Below, piece by piece: positions 49,181-59,679 of a stretch of 64,000 nucleotides of DNA. The DNA is from Alphaproteobacteria bacterium (lineage in GTDB: Bacteria > Pseudomonadota > Alphaproteobacteria > UBA828), in NCBI GenBank assembly GCA_965237415.1, contig CBDEFM010000002.1, positions 512,001-576,000 of the forward strand. Direction: 5' to 3'. Within the stretch, counting starts at the first letter, position 1; the number at the start of each line of letters is the position of its first letter. The notes below the pieces were generated by a model. That model was given only the letters and a program-made list of their open reading frames with translations. It had not been told where the DNA came from and searched no databases. The position numbers and the translations under genes were made by a program.

Positions 49181-49939
49181 GTGCTGAAGATGCGCGTCAT
49201 CCCGTGCCTCGACGTCCACGCCGGGCGGGTGGTCAAGGGCGTGAACTTCGTCGACCTGGTGGACGCGGGCGACCCGGTGGAGCAGGCCCGGGTCTACGAC
49301 GAGCAAGGGGCGGACGAGCTCTGCTTCCTCGACATCACCGCCTCCCACGAGCAGCGCGACACCATCTACGACGTCGTCGCCGGCACCGCCGAAGTCTGTT
49401 TCATGCCGCTTACCGTGGGTGGCGGGGTGCGAACCATTGAGGATGTCCGCGCGCTCCTGCTGGCTGGTGCCGACAAGGTCTCGATCAACACCGCAGCCGT
49501 GGCAAACCCCGCGTTCGTCGCCGAGGCGGCGGAAAAATTCGGGACCCAGTGCATCGTCGTCGCCATCGATGCCAAGCGGGTTGCGGCCGGCGGCTTCGAG
49601 ATATTCACCCACGGCGGGCGCACGCCCACCGGGATCGATGCCATCGCATGGGCCCGGCGCATGGCAGACGCAGGCGCCGGCGAGATTCTCCTGACCTCGA
49701 TGGATCGGGACGGAACCCGCGTCGGATTCGACCTGGAGCTGACGCGCGCCGCCGCGGACGCGGTCACGATCCCGGTTGTCGCCTCCGGCGGAGTCGGCAC
49801 GCTGGATCACCTGGTCGAGGGCATCCGCGATGGCCACGCTACGGCGGTGCTGGCGGCCTCGATCTTCCATTTCGGCACGCATTCCATCTGCGAGGCGAAG
49901 GCGCATATGCGCGCCGCCGGCATCCCAGTGCGGCCATGA
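49181..49939 (+). CDS. hisF: Imidazole glycerol phosphate synthase, cyclase subunit
   Basis: [25 protein letters not shown]. Confidence 0.97.
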   Translation: MLKMRVIPCLDVHAGRVVKGVNFVDLVDAGDPVEQARVYDEQGADELCFLDITASHEQRDTIYDVVAGTAEVCFMPLTVGGGVRTIEDVRALLLAGADKVSINTAAVANPAFVAEAAEKFGTQCIVVAIDAKRVAAGGFEIFTHGGRTPTGIDAIAWARRMADAGAGEILLTSMDRDGTRVGFDLELTRAAADAVTIPVVASGGVGTLDHLVEGIRDGHATAVLAASIFHFGTHSICEAKAHMRAAGIPVRP

Positions 49940-49991
49940 CGGCGCGTGTAAATTTTGGTACCCAAGCTCACTGAGGGGAGCGGGCGGCAAT

Positions 49992-50339
49992 ATGAAGCGC
50001 GACCAGGCCGGCAACATCATCGACGAGCTGTTCGGCGTCATCGAGAAACGCAAGGGCGGCGACCCGGAGACCTCCTACGTCGCACGCACCTTTTCGCGCG
50101 GCCGCGAGCATGTCGCGAAGAAGGTGGGCGAGGAGGGCGTCGAGGTGGCACTCGCGGGAGCCCTCGGCGACAAGAAGGCGGTCGTCTCCGAGAGCGCCGA
50201 CCTGCTGTTTCACCTTCTGATTTTGTGGTCGGACACGGGCGTTGCACCGGCGGAGGTACTCGACGAACTCTCGAAAAGGCGCGGCGTCTCCGGACTCGCG
50301 CGTGAAGCCCGCAAGCGCAAGGCCGGGGACAAGCGATGA
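49992..50339 (+). CDS. hisE: Phosphoribosyl-ATP diphosphatase
   Basis: SYVA, KKVGEE, ESADLLFH. Confidence 0.94.
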   Translation: MKRDQAGNIIDELFGVIEKRKGGDPETSYVARTFSRGREHVAKKVGEEGVEVALAGALGDKKAVVSESADLLFHLLILWSDTGVAPAEVLDELSKRRGVSGLAREARKRKAGDKR

Positions 50340-50698
50340 GCTACGACGATAGCAATATCTTCGCCAAGATCCTGCGTGGCGAGATTCCAAACGACACCGT
50401 CTACGAGGACGACGCGGTGCTCGCTTTTCGCGACATCGCGCCACAGGCTCCGGTGCATGTGCTGGTGATTCCGAAAAGCCCCTATGTCTCGCTCGACGAC
50501 TTCGCCCGCAATGCTTCGGCGGAGGAGATCGGGCGCTTCTTCAAGACGGTGGGGGAGATCGCCCGCTCGCTCGAGCTCGATCAGGAGGGCTTCCGCACAA
50601 TCGCCAACACCGGCGTCAACGGCGGCCAGGAAGTGCCTCACTTCCACGTCCACCTCTGCGGCGGACGCCGCCTGGGGCGCATGATCCCGCAGGCTTGA
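50336..50698 (+). CDS. HIT family nucleotide-binding protein (HinT-like)
   Basis: IFAKILRGEIP, QEVPHFHVH. Confidence 0.93.
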   Translation: MSYDDSNIFAKILRGEIPNDTVYEDDAVLAFRDIAPQAPVHVLVIPKSPYVSLDDFARNASAEEIGRFFKTVGEIARSLELDQEGFRTIANTGVNGGQEVPHFHVHLCGGRRLGRMIPQA

Positions 50699-50733
50699 CC
50701 ACCCCCGAGGGCTGCCACACCCGCGGCAGTCAG

Positions 50734-52254
50734 CTATCCGTAAGGCCCGATACGGCGGTAGGAGAGCGCCTCCGCGATATGCCGTCGCGCGACGCTCTCC
50801 GCCCCGGCCAGGTCGGCGATGGTGCGCGCGACCTTGAGCACGCGGTGATGGCCGCGCGCAGACAGCCTCAGCCGGTCGGTCGCTTCGGCGAGCAGCGCCT
50901 GTCCGCCCTCATCCGGCGTCGCGATTCGGGTCAACGTCTCGCCATCGGCCTCGGCATTGGTGCGCACGTCGGGCGCCGCACCCATCGCCTTGAAGCGCGC
51001 CCGCTGGAGCGCGCGGGCGGCCGCCACCCGTGCCGCGACCTCGGCCGAGCCCTCCGCAGGCGGCGGCAACGTCAGATCGGCGGCGGAAAGCTCCGGCACA
51101 TCCACGTGCAGGTCGATCCTGTCGTAGAGCGGGCCGGAGATGCGTACCTGGTAGTCCCGCGCGCAGTGGGGCGCGCGTGAGCAGGCCCGCGCAGGGTCCG
51201 ACAGGTAGCCGCAGCGGCACGGGTTCATCGCCGCGATAAGCTGAAAGCGCGCGGGATAGCGCACGTGGGCGTTGGCGCGGGCGACTGCCACGGCGCCGCT
51301 CTCAATGGGCTGACGGAGCGCGTCGAGCACGGGGCGGGGAAACTCGGGCAGCTCGTCCAGGAACAGAACCCCGAGATGAGCGAGTGAGACCTCGCCCGGG
51401 CGGGCGCGGACACCGCCACCGACCATCGCCGCCATCGAGGCCGAATGGTGTGGGTCGCGGAACGGCCGGTCGCGGGTCAGCCCGTTGTGCCCGAGGTGGC
51501 CCGCGACCGAAGCAATCATGCTGACGCTCAGCGCCTCCTCAGGAGCCAGCGGCGGCAGGATGCCGGGCAGGCGCGACGCCAGCATCGACTTGCCCGTGCC
51601 CGGCGGGCCGATCATCAGCAAGTTGTGGCTGCCTGCAGCAGCGAGTTCGAGGGCGCGCTTGGCCGACTCCTGCCCCTTGATGTCGCGGAGGTCGGGATAG
51701 TGCGGGGGTGCTGCAAGCGTTGCCGCCACTGGCGGCGCCTGAAGCTGCGTACCCTTGAAATGATTGATGAGCGCAAGCAGGTCGGTGGGTGCCACGACCT
51801 CGCCGCCGCCGGCCCAGGCGGCCTCTGAACCGTTGGCCGCCGGGCAGATCAGGCCACGCTCCCGCGCGTTGGCACCGATGGCGGCCGGTAGTACGCCCCT
51901 CACCGGTATCAGCGCGCCGTCGAGGCCAAGCTCGCCGAGCGCGACATAGGTCGCGAGATCGTCCGTCGCCAGCACGTCCATCGCCACCAGGAGTCCGAGC
52001 GCGATGGGGAGGTCGAAGTGGCTACCCTCCTTCTGCATGTCGGCGGGCGCCAAATTCACGATGATTCGTTTCGCGGGCAGGGCCAGTCCAAGACCGGCGA
52101 GTGCACCGCGCACCCGCTCGCGGCTCTCGGCCACCGCCTTGTCGGGAAGGCCTACGACCAAGAACGCCGGCAGGCCCGCGCCGATGTGCACCTGCACATC
52201 GACCGGAAACGCCTCGATACCCTGGAAGGCGACGGTCTCGATATGGGCAACCAT
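50734..52254 (-). CDS. comM: YifB/ComM Mg-chelatase-like AAA+ ATPase
   Basis: NLAPAD..KEGSHFDL, GPPGTGKS, FLDELPEF, MNPCRCG. Confidence 0.92.
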   Translation of the reverse strand: MVAHIETVAFQGIEAFPVDVQVHIGAGLPAFLVVGLPDKAVAESRERVRGALAGLGLALPAKRIIVNLAPADMQKEGSHFDLPIALGLLVAMDVLATDDLATYVALGELGLDGALIPVRGVLPAAIGANARERGLICPAANGSEAAWAGGGEVVAPTDLLALINHFKGTQLQAPPVAATLAAPPHYPDLRDIKGQESAKRALELAAAGSHNLLMIGPPGTGKSMLASRLPGILPPLAPEEALSVSMIASVAGHLGHNGLTRDRPFRDPHHSASMAAMVGGGVRARPGEVSLAHLGVLFLDELPEFPRPVLDALRQPIESGAVAVARANAHVRYPARFQLIAAMNPCRCGYLSDPARACSRAPHCARDYQVRISGPLYDRIDLHVDVPELSAADLTLPPPAEGSAEVAARVAAARALQRARFKAMGAAPDVRTNAEADGETLTRIATPDEGGQALLAEATDRLRLSARGHHRVLKVARTIADLAGAESVARRHIAEALSYRRIGPYG

Positions 52255-52410
52255 GCGGCGACTCCGGCCGGTCCGACGGGCGCCCACCATCGACCGGGCG
52301 CATGCATTCACGTCGTGTCATATCGTATTCGGTATGATTGCGCAGCCCGTCAGAGTGGCGACTGCGGGTCGAGGCTGGCCCACAGGTGGGGTGAGCGCTA
52401 TTCTCGCGCC

Positions 52411-53112
52411 ATGCCTGGAAGCGTCGAACACTGGGGAGAGAGCACCGATCTCGCGGTGCTGGACCGCCTGGTGCAGGTTGGCGGGCGCTCGCTCATCGAT
52501 GTCGGCTGCGGTGGCGGCGCCCTTGCGCGCGCGCTCGCCGAACGCGGCGCTACTGTGCTCGGGGTCGAGCCGGACCCGGTCCAGGCCGCGCGCAATCGCG
52601 AGGCCTCGGAGACTCCCGGTGTGAGCTTCGCCGAGGGGCGAGCGGAGTCGCTCCCGGTCGGCGACGGCGCGGCCGATGGGGCGATCTTCGGCCGCTCCCT
52701 CCACCACGTGCCGCGGGCCGCCATGCGACCCGCGCTCAAGGAAGCGCGGCGGGTGCTCCGCTCCGGCGGTTTCCTGTACGTGCTGGAGCCGGTGATGGAG
52801 GGAGCGTTCTCGGCCGTCATGAAGCCATTTCACGACGAGACAGAGGTGCGCCGTCAGGCGCGCGAAGCGCTGACCGACTCGGCGCCGCTCTTCGCCCGCG
52901 CGAGGGAGATTCACTACGAGGTCGAAAGGCGGTTCGAGAGTCACGAGGCTTTCGTCGATCTCTTCTCCGGCCTCACCTATAACACCTACGGTGCCGATGC
53001 GGTGCGGAGCGAGACCGTGAAGCGACTCTTCGAAGCCGGACGCACGGACTCGGGCGACTACGCCTTCGCGCAGCCCATGCGGGTCGATCTGTTCTACACT
53101 GACCGCGAATGA
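52411..53112 (+). CDS. Class I SAM-dependent methyltransferase
   Basis: IDVGCGGG, SLHHV, RVLRSGG. Confidence 0.85.
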   Translation: MPGSVEHWGESTDLAVLDRLVQVGGRSLIDVGCGGGALARALAERGATVLGVEPDPVQAARNREASETPGVSFAEGRAESLPVGDGAADGAIFGRSLHHVPRAAMRPALKEARRVLRSGGFLYVLEPVMEGAFSAVMKPFHDETEVRRQAREALTDSAPLFARAREIHYEVERRFESHEAFVDLFSGLTYNTYGADAVRSETVKRLFEAGRTDSGDYAFAQPMRVDLFYTDRE

Positions 53113-54569
53113 GCGACGCCGACGCTCTCGCCCTCTTTTCCGTCGCCGAAATTTATGCGGCCGATGCGGCGGCGGCGGAAGCCGGTATTCCCGGACTGAC
53201 GCTGATGGAGAACGCCGGCCGCGCGGTCGCGCAGGCGATCGTGCGGCGCTGGGCGCCTCGGCCCGTCGCGGTACTCTGCGGCCCCGGCAACAACGGCGGG
53301 GATGGCTTCGTCGTAGCAAGATTGCTGGCGGAGGCCGGCTGGCCCGTGCGGCTCGGGTTGCTCGGCACCCGCGAGCGCTTGAAGGGCGATTCCGCGGCCA
53401 TGGCCGATCGGTGGAAGCAGCCGGTCGAGCCGCTCTCGTCGACGCTGCTCGACGGCGAGCCGCTGGTCGTCGACGCGTTGTTCGGCGCAGGCCTTGCCCG
53501 GCCGCTAGAGGGTGTGGCACTGGAACTCGTCGAAACCAGCGCCGCTCGCGACTTGCCCTGCGTTGCGGTCGATATTCCGAGCGGCATCCATGGCGACACC
53601 GGCGAAGCCCTCGGCGGTGCCTTCAGGGCGGCGGTGACCGTGACCTTCGGCCGGCGCAAGTACGGCCACCTGCTGTTGCCGGGGCGCGAGCGTGCCGGGG
53701 ACGTGGTGGTCGCCGACATCGGCATTCCGGCGGCGGCGATCGATTCGCTGGCTCTTCGGGTGCACGAGAACGCGCCAATGCTCTGGCGGGCGCTGCTGCC
53801 CGGCCCGGCCCCCGCCGATCACAAGTACAGCCGCGGCCATGCGCTGGTCGTCGGCGGCGACGGCGCGCATTCGGGCGCGGCGCGGTTAGCAGCCCGTGCG
53901 GCGCTCCGGGTTGGCGGCGGGCTGGTCACGGTTCACGCACCCGAAGACGCGCTTCCCGTCTATGCCTCCCAGCTCACCGCCGTCATGGTTGCATCCGCGG
54001 CCGATCTGGATGCGGCGCTCGCGGACGAGCGACGCAACGCGCTGCTGATAGGCCCCGGCTGCGGCGTGAGCCCGACGACTCGCGTGCAGGCGCTTCAGGC
54101 ACTCCGCGCTGGTAAACGATGTGTCCTCGATGCCGACGCGCTCACCGCTTTCCGCAACGAACCGCGCACGCTGTTTGATGCACTCACACCCGATTCGGTG
54201 TTGACCCCGCACGAAGGTGAGTACCGGCGCCTGTTCGCCCACGAAGGCGACAAGCTCTCCCGCGCCCTTGCGGCCGCCGCCGAGTGCGGGGCCGTGGTGG
54301 TGCTGAAGGGTGCTGACAGCGTGATCGCGGCCCCCGACGGCCGAGCGGCGATCAACGCCAATGCGCCGCCGTCACTGGCAACGGCGGGCTCAGGCGACGT
54401 TCTGGCCGGCTTCATTCTCGGCCTGCTGGCGCAGGGAATGCCGGCGTTCGAGGCGGCGGCGGCGGGAGTCTGGCTGCACGGCGCGGCGGCCGCGGCCTTC
54501 GGTCCCGGGCTGATCGCGGAGGACCTTACGGAGACCTTGCCCTCCGTTCTCCGCACCTTGGCAGGGTAA
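53109..54569 (+). CDS. nnr: Bifunctional NAD(P)H-hydrate epimerase/dehydratase
   Basis: LMENAG, GPGNNGGDG, HKYSRG, TPHEGE, AGSGDVL. Confidence 0.94.
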   Translation: MSDADALALFSVAEIYAADAAAAEAGIPGLTLMENAGRAVAQAIVRRWAPRPVAVLCGPGNNGGDGFVVARLLAEAGWPVRLGLLGTRERLKGDSAAMADRWKQPVEPLSSTLLDGEPLVVDALFGAGLARPLEGVALELVETSAARDLPCVAVDIPSGIHGDTGEALGGAFRAAVTVTFGRRKYGHLLLPGRERAGDVVVADIGIPAAAIDSLALRVHENAPMLWRALLPGPAPADHKYSRGHALVVGGDGAHSGAARLAARAALRVGGGLVTVHAPEDALPVYASQLTAVMVASAADLDAALADERRNALLIGPGCGVSPTTRVQALQALRAGKRCVLDADALTAFRNEPRTLFDALTPDSVLTPHEGEYRRLFAHEGDKLSRALAAAAECGAVVVLKGADSVIAAPDGRAAINANAPPSLATAGSGDVLAGFILGLLAQGMPAFEAAAAGVWLHGAAAAAFGPGLIAEDLTETLPSVLRTLAG

Positions 54570-54795
54570 AGGCATCCATCGGCGACAACGGGTCGTGCCG
54601 GAGGCGTGCTGCGCCAAGCGGTCACCGGAACTCAACCGCAATAGGAGTTAAGGGATTAAGCGATACAAGCAACGTGTTCGCTCCATATCGGAACGTCCCG
54701 ATTGACAGTGCATTCGAAGATGGTCAAGCATCGCAAAACTGTGAATCGAGGACAGGGATTGGACAATGCGGCGAGACTCCAGAACTACGCGTGGA

Positions 54796-56193
54796 ATGAT
54801 GCCGGGCCTCTCGCGCCTAGGCTTTGCGCCCTTCGGCTTCGCCGCTCGGTCCCGCTGGAGGACCGTTGCTCTGGTCCTCGTGTTCACCGTCTCCCTGGTG
54901 TTTGTCGTGCCGCAGGCATACGCAGCGGTCACCGCAGAGACGCAGTTCATCCTCAACAGCTTCTCGTTCCTCATCTGGGGCGCGCTGGTTATGTGGATGT
55001 GCGCCGGCTTCACCATGCTGGAGGCCGGTTCTGTCCGCACCAAGAACGCCTCGGTCATCTGCCTGAAGAACATCGGCCTCTATTCCATCGCCGGGCTCAC
55101 CTACTATCTGGTCGGCTACAACCTGATGTACGTCGATGTCGGGAGCTGGGTCGGTTCGTTCGCGCTGCCGTACTCGACGACCGCTGACGAGATCGCGCTG
55201 CTTGGTGGCGATGAAGGCGCCGTCGAGGCCGTCGTGGCGGGCGGCTACTCCACGATGTCCGACTGGTTCTTCCAGATGGTGTTCGTGGCGACGACCGCCT
55301 CGATCGTCTCGGGCACCCTGGCCGAGCGCGTGAAGCTCTGGTCGTTCTTCATCTACATCACCTTGTTGACCGCCTTCATCTATCCGGTGATCGGCTCCTG
55401 GACATGGGGCGGCGGCTGGCTCAACGCGATGGGCTTCCAGGATTTCGCCGGCTCCACGATCGTGCATTCGACCGGGGGCTGGGCGGCTCTGGCCGGCGCT
55501 CTCGTCGTCGGCGCGCGGAAGGGCAAGTTCCGCGCAGACGGCAGCGTCAAGACGACGGCGCCCTCCAACGTGCCGGCGGTAACTCTCGGCATATTCATCC
55601 TCTGGCTCGGCTGGTTTGGGTTCAACGGCGGTTCTCAGCTTGCGTTGAGCGGCGCAGCCGATGCCGTGGCGCTCAGCAACATCCTGGCCAACACCAACTT
55701 GGCGGCTGCCGCCGGCGTGCTCGCGGCGATCATCCTGTCGCGGCCGATCATGGGCCGTGTCGACCTGATCACCAGCCTGAACGGCGCCATCGCCGGCCTG
55801 GTGGCGATCACGGCGGGCCCCGACATCGTCGATCACTACTTCGCCGTCATCATCGGCGCGATCGGCGGTGCCATCGTCGTCCTCGGCGTGAAGTTTCTCG
55901 AGATGGTCAAGGTGGACGATGTGGTCGGTGCGGTTCCGGCCCACCTCTTTGCCGGGGTGTGGGGAACCCTGGCCGTTTGCATCGCGGCCGGCGGCGACCC
56001 CGGCGTACAGATCATCGGCATCCTCGCCATCGGTGCCTTCGTGTTCGGCACCTCGTTCCTGGCGTGGTTCATCATCGACAAGACGCTCGGGGCGCGGATC
56101 CCGGCAGTGCACGAGGAGCTTGGCCAGGATGCGGCGGAACTAGGAATTGAGTCCTACCCCGAATTCGTGCTAATGCCCGAAATAGACGACTAA
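54796..56193 (+). CDS. amtB: Ammonium transporter (Amt family)
   Basis: FFQMVF, DFAGSTIVH, GWFGFNGGS, DDVVGA..H; start may be 54766. Confidence 0.93.
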   Translation: MMPGLSRLGFAPFGFAARSRWRTVALVLVFTVSLVFVVPQAYAAVTAETQFILNSFSFLIWGALVMWMCAGFTMLEAGSVRTKNASVICLKNIGLYSIAGLTYYLVGYNLMYVDVGSWVGSFALPYSTTADEIALLGGDEGAVEAVVAGGYSTMSDWFFQMVFVATTASIVSGTLAERVKLWSFFIYITLLTAFIYPVIGSWTWGGGWLNAMGFQDFAGSTIVHSTGGWAALAGALVVGARKGKFRADGSVKTTAPSNVPAVTLGIFILWLGWFGFNGGSQLALSGAADAVALSNILANTNLAAAAGVLAAIILSRPIMGRVDLITSLNGAIAGLVAITAGPDIVDHYFAVIIGAIGGAIVVLGVKFLEMVKVDDVVGAVPAHLFAGVWGTLAVCIAAGGDPGVQIIGILAIGAFVFGTSFLAWFIIDKTLGARIPAVHEELGQDAAELGIESYPEFVLMPEIDD

Positions 56194-56320
56194 CCACACA
56201 TCATCAGCGGTTATCTGTGCGCTGCATCCGTCGAGCGGCTGAAGGCGCATCAAGAGGGGAGTCTCGTTCCTCGAACACGCTGTATGATCTGGCGCGGCGC
56301 GGAGACAGGAGGCCACGGCA

Positions 56321-56659
56321 ATGGAGTTGACGATCGAACGCGACGATAGCGCCCTGACCGCCAGGGTGAATGGGCGTATCGACAGCACCAATGCCCGCGA
56401 TTTCGAGGAGGCGATCCGAACCAAGATCGAAGACGGCGACCGAGCCGTGATCATGGACTTCGAGAATCTCTCCTATATCAGCAGTGCGGGCCTCCGCGCC
56501 GTGCTGATAACCGCCAAGACCTTGTGGAAGCGGGATGCCAAGTTCGCGCTCTGCTCGCTCTCCGGGCCGGTCAAGGAAGTGTTCGAGATCAGCGGCTTCG
56601 ACAAGATCATCCCGATCCATGATTCCCGGGAAGGGGCGCTGAGCTCACTCGACGGCTAA
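56321..56659 (+). CDS. STAS-domain anti-sigma factor antagonist (RsbV/SpoIIAA-like)
   Basis: GRID, YISSAGLR, VFEISGF; AGGAGG RBS. Confidence 0.9.
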   Translation: MELTIERDDSALTARVNGRIDSTNARDFEEAIRTKIEDGDRAVIMDFENLSYISSAGLRAVLITAKTLWKRDAKFALCSLSGPVKEVFEISGFDKIIPIHDSREGALSSLDG

Positions 56660-57295
56660 CGCCGTCCGCAGGCGGGCCATCAGCCCGTCTGCCGTCACGA
56701 TACCAGAGGGAGAGAGGGCGACGCCGCCGGCAAGCAGCATGCGCGCCGTCCACGTATTGCACGTGTTGAAGAGGTGGAACTCACCCAAGGCGTTGTAGAA
56801 GCGGCTGTCGGGGTAGAGGCCGCGGGAGATGGCTCTGGCGTGGGCGCCTCCGGGGCGTTCGAACCCGGCCGCAAGCGCCTCGACCAGATTGAGAAAGCCC
56901 CCCTCGGTGAGCGCCACCGACACGACCTCCAGGCCCGTGCCGCGATCCTCTGGCGCGGCCGCGAGGCCTGCCATGTGCATGACCGCCGGTGTCGGGGTGA
57001 GAGCGGCGGCGAGCGTCATTCCGAGCGTCTTTTCCTTCGCCGGATAGTAGACGCGGTCACCCCAACCGAATTCGAGAAACGCAGCGTCGGGAAAGTCCGC
57101 GGTCTCCGGCAGCAGGCCGGTGGCGGCGAGGGCAGGGGCGGGCACGACGATTGCCGTGTGCCAGCCGTTACTGGCCACCTGAATGAGTCGGGAGCGTGGT
57201 TCGCCATCGCCTGAGGGTGGGGGCGGCGCGGTCTCGCAGGTGGCGAGCCAGGCGGCGCAAAGCACAAGCGCCGGCCCGAGCAGCCAGCGCCTCAC
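56645..57295 (-). CDS. DUF2459-family protein (probable lipoprotein)
   Basis: SNGWHT, FGWGD..YY, FHLFNTCNTW; LATC lipobox-like segment. Confidence 0.75.
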   Translation of the reverse strand: MRRWLLGPALVLCAAWLATCETAPPPPSGDGEPRSRLIQVASNGWHTAIVVPAPALAATGLLPETADFPDAAFLEFGWGDRVYYPAKEKTLGMTLAAALTPTPAVMHMAGLAAAPEDRGTGLEVVSVALTEGGFLNLVEALAAGFERPGGAHARAISRGLYPDSRFYNALGEFHLFNTCNTWTARMLLAGGVALSPSGIVTADGLMARLRTALAVE

Positions 57296-57332
57296 AGCGA
57301 CCCTCCCGCACCGGCTCCCAACGGGGCCGTTG

Positions 57333-58376
57333 CTACAGCAACTCCTCTGCGAGGAAACGGATTTCCTCCCGCCCGGCGCCGGCAAGCAAGAGCGCCGTTA
57401 CCGACCCCTCTGCCGCCGCAATCTTCCACGCCGCCAGCCGCTCCCTGATATGCGCCTTCGGCCCTACCAGGGCGATGCCGTCGGCGAATTCGTCGGGGAC
57501 GGCCATCACCGCGCCCTGCTTGTCGCCGGAGAGATACAGGTCCTGGATGGTCTCGGCGGCCTCGCCGAAGCCCAACCTGTGCGCATAGTCGTTGTAGAAG
57601 TTTCGGCCCCGCGCGCCCATGCCGCCGACATAGAGCGCGAGCGATTGTTTCACCGTGAGCAGCGCACGCGCGTGATCTTCGTCGATCTTCACATCGACGA
57701 AGGGGGCGATGGCGAAGCCCTCGCGCGTCTCGCCGTGGCCGCCCCGGCGGAAGCCCTCGACGAGCGGAGCGCGATAGACGTGAGCGCGCTCGGGCATCAT
57801 GAAGAGCGGGAACAGGCCGTCGGTGATCTCGCCGGCCAGCCTGAGCCCCGCAGGGGAGACCGAGCCGGTATAGATCGGCAGCGGGTGGCGGGCGTGGATG
57901 ATGCTCTTCAGCGGCTTGCCGAGCCCGGTGGCGTCCGGCCCGCGATAGGGGAGGGAGTAGTGCATGCCCTCATGGACGACCGGCTCCTCGCGCGCCACGA
58001 TTCGGCGCACGATCGATACATATTCGCGCAGCCGCTCATGGGGTTTGCCGTAGGCGACTCCATGCCAGCCTTCGATCACCTGCGGTCCCGACGGACCGAC
58101 GCCGAGAACGAAACGGCCGCCGGAGAGCGCCTGGAGCGTCATCGCCGTCATCGCGGCGCAGGCCGGTGTGCGCGCAGGCATCTGCATGAGCGCGGTGCCG
58201 ACCGTCATCCGCTCGGTCTGGGCGAGGATCCAGGCGGCCGGCGTCACCGCGTCCGAACCATAGGCCTCGGAGGTCCAGATCGATCGGTAGCCGAGCGCCT
58301 CAGCCTCTTGGATCAGGTCGATGTCGATGGCGAAGTCCCGGCCCGAATAGCCGAGCACGAGCCCGAGTTGCAGCAC
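57333..58376 (-). CDS. LLM-class (luciferase-like, putatively F420-dependent) oxidoreductase
   Basis: WTSEAYGSDA, ARTP..AMTA.TL, GPSGPQVIEGWHG, YVGGMG. Confidence 0.88.
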   Translation of the reverse strand: MLQLGLVLGYSGRDFAIDIDLIQEAEALGYRSIWTSEAYGSDAVTPAAWILAQTERMTVGTALMQMPARTPACAAMTAMTLQALSGGRFVLGVGPSGPQVIEGWHGVAYGKPHERLREYVSIVRRIVAREEPVVHEGMHYSLPYRGPDATGLGKPLKSIIHARHPLPIYTGSVSPAGLRLAGEITDGLFPLFMMPERAHVYRAPLVEGFRRGGHGETREGFAIAPFVDVKIDEDHARALLTVKQSLALYVGGMGARGRNFYNDYAHRLGFGEAAETIQDLYLSGDKQGAVMAVPDEFADGIALVGPKAHIRERLAAWKIAAAEGSVTALLLAGAGREEIRFLAEELL

Positions 58377-58467
58377 TGATCTTCTCCTGTGGCGACCGGC
58401 GCGTCGATAAATTGGGAGATAGGCCAGTTCTGCTACAATGACCAGGGATCAAAGTAGGGAGGAGAGA

Positions 58468-59616
58468 ATGGGTACCATGTGGAACAGCGACCCGCGCGGT
58501 TGGCGCCTGTCGCGGCGCGGCTTCATGAAGGGGGCGACAGCCCTTGGCGGCACTGCAGCGCTATCAAGCACCTTTGCCGGCCGAAACGCGGGGGCGCAGG
58601 AGCAGACGCTCACCTATCTGAGCTGGCCGGGGCACGCCGACCCGTTCGTCGTCGAACCCTTCGAGAAGGAGCACGGCGTCAAGATCGAAAGCAAGGAATA
58701 TGTCGGCGGCGAGCAGATGCTTGCACTCGTCAACCAATCGCCGCCCGGCACCTACGACGTGATTCTCTCGGACCGCGAATACATCGTGCAGCTGCGCGAT
58801 GCGGGCTTCATCGACAAGATGGATCCAGCCGACTATCCCTTCGACGACTTCTGGCCCGAGTTCCACAACCTCGATGGCCACTGGCTGGACGGCGACCTCT
58901 ACTCGGTGATGGTGGACTTCGGCTATCTCGGGCTGGTCCACAACACCGACCACCTCAGCGAGGCGGACTGCAGCAGCTACGGCGTGATGTGGGAGGAACG
59001 GGTGACCGGAAAGGTCGGCCATTTCGACTGGTATCTGCCGACCATGGGCTGCCTCAGCCTCTATGACGGCAACAAGGACCCGTTCAACATCGACGACGCG
59101 GCGTTCAGCAAGCTGCGCGAGACCACTTTCTCGCTCAAGCCGCAGCTCGCGGGCTTCTACAGCATGGCCGACGTGTTCTCGTCGATGACCAACGGCCAGG
59201 CCTGGGTCATGCCCGGCATCGGCGAGTGGATTTCGATCCTCCTGCACAAGGGCGGTTTGCCGGTGACCACCACCATTCCGGACGAGGGCGGCATCCAGTG
59301 GACCGAATCGGTCTCGATCGGCACCGGCTCCGAGAAGCAGGATCTGGCCAAGAAGTTCATTCAGTATCTGACCAGCCCCGAAGGGCAGTGGCGTGTGGCC
59401 ACCAAGCCGTCCTACAACGGCTCGATCCCCAACAAGAAGGGCTGGGACGCGCTCAACGCGAACGACCCGGAATCGGCCGAACTGATGCGGCACCGGTTCG
59501 ACAAGCGGAACGTCATGGACGAGTACAAGGACGGCAAGATCCAACTGCGTCAGACCCCGATCCAGCAGTCGATCGACGACTGGACCGAGGTCTGGAACGA
59601 GTACAAGAACATCTAG
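58468..59616 (+). CDS. PotD/PotF-family ABC substrate-binding protein (Tat signal)
   Basis: SRRGFMK Tat motif; W.G, P.EG..W; GGAGGAG RBS. Confidence 0.88.
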   Translation: MGTMWNSDPRGWRLSRRGFMKGATALGGTAALSSTFAGRNAGAQEQTLTYLSWPGHADPFVVEPFEKEHGVKIESKEYVGGEQMLALVNQSPPGTYDVILSDREYIVQLRDAGFIDKMDPADYPFDDFWPEFHNLDGHWLDGDLYSVMVDFGYLGLVHNTDHLSEADCSSYGVMWEERVTGKVGHFDWYLPTMGCLSLYDGNKDPFNIDDAAFSKLRETTFSLKPQLAGFYSMADVFSSMTNGQAWVMPGIGEWISILLHKGGLPVTTTIPDEGGIQWTESVSIGTGSEKQDLAKKFIQYLTSPEGQWRVATKPSYNGSIPNKKGWDALNANDPESAELMRHRFDKRNVMDEYKDGKIQLRQTPIQQSIDDWTEVWNEYKNI

Positions 59617-59623
59617 CGCAAGG

Positions 59624-59649
59624 CGGGGGCCGTGCTCGGGCGGCCCCCG
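59624..59649 (+). other. Intercistronic GC hairpin after the SBP gene
   Basis: CGGGGGCCG-N8-CGGCCCCCG, no U-tract. Confidence 0.6.
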
Positions 59650-59679
59650 ACCCTCCGTTCGCCCGAACCTGCCTCATCC

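Noticed and set aside
46137-50698. DUF2628, GNAT and HIT genes inside the his operon as a novelty
   Set aside because: This arrangement is common in Alphaproteobacteria.
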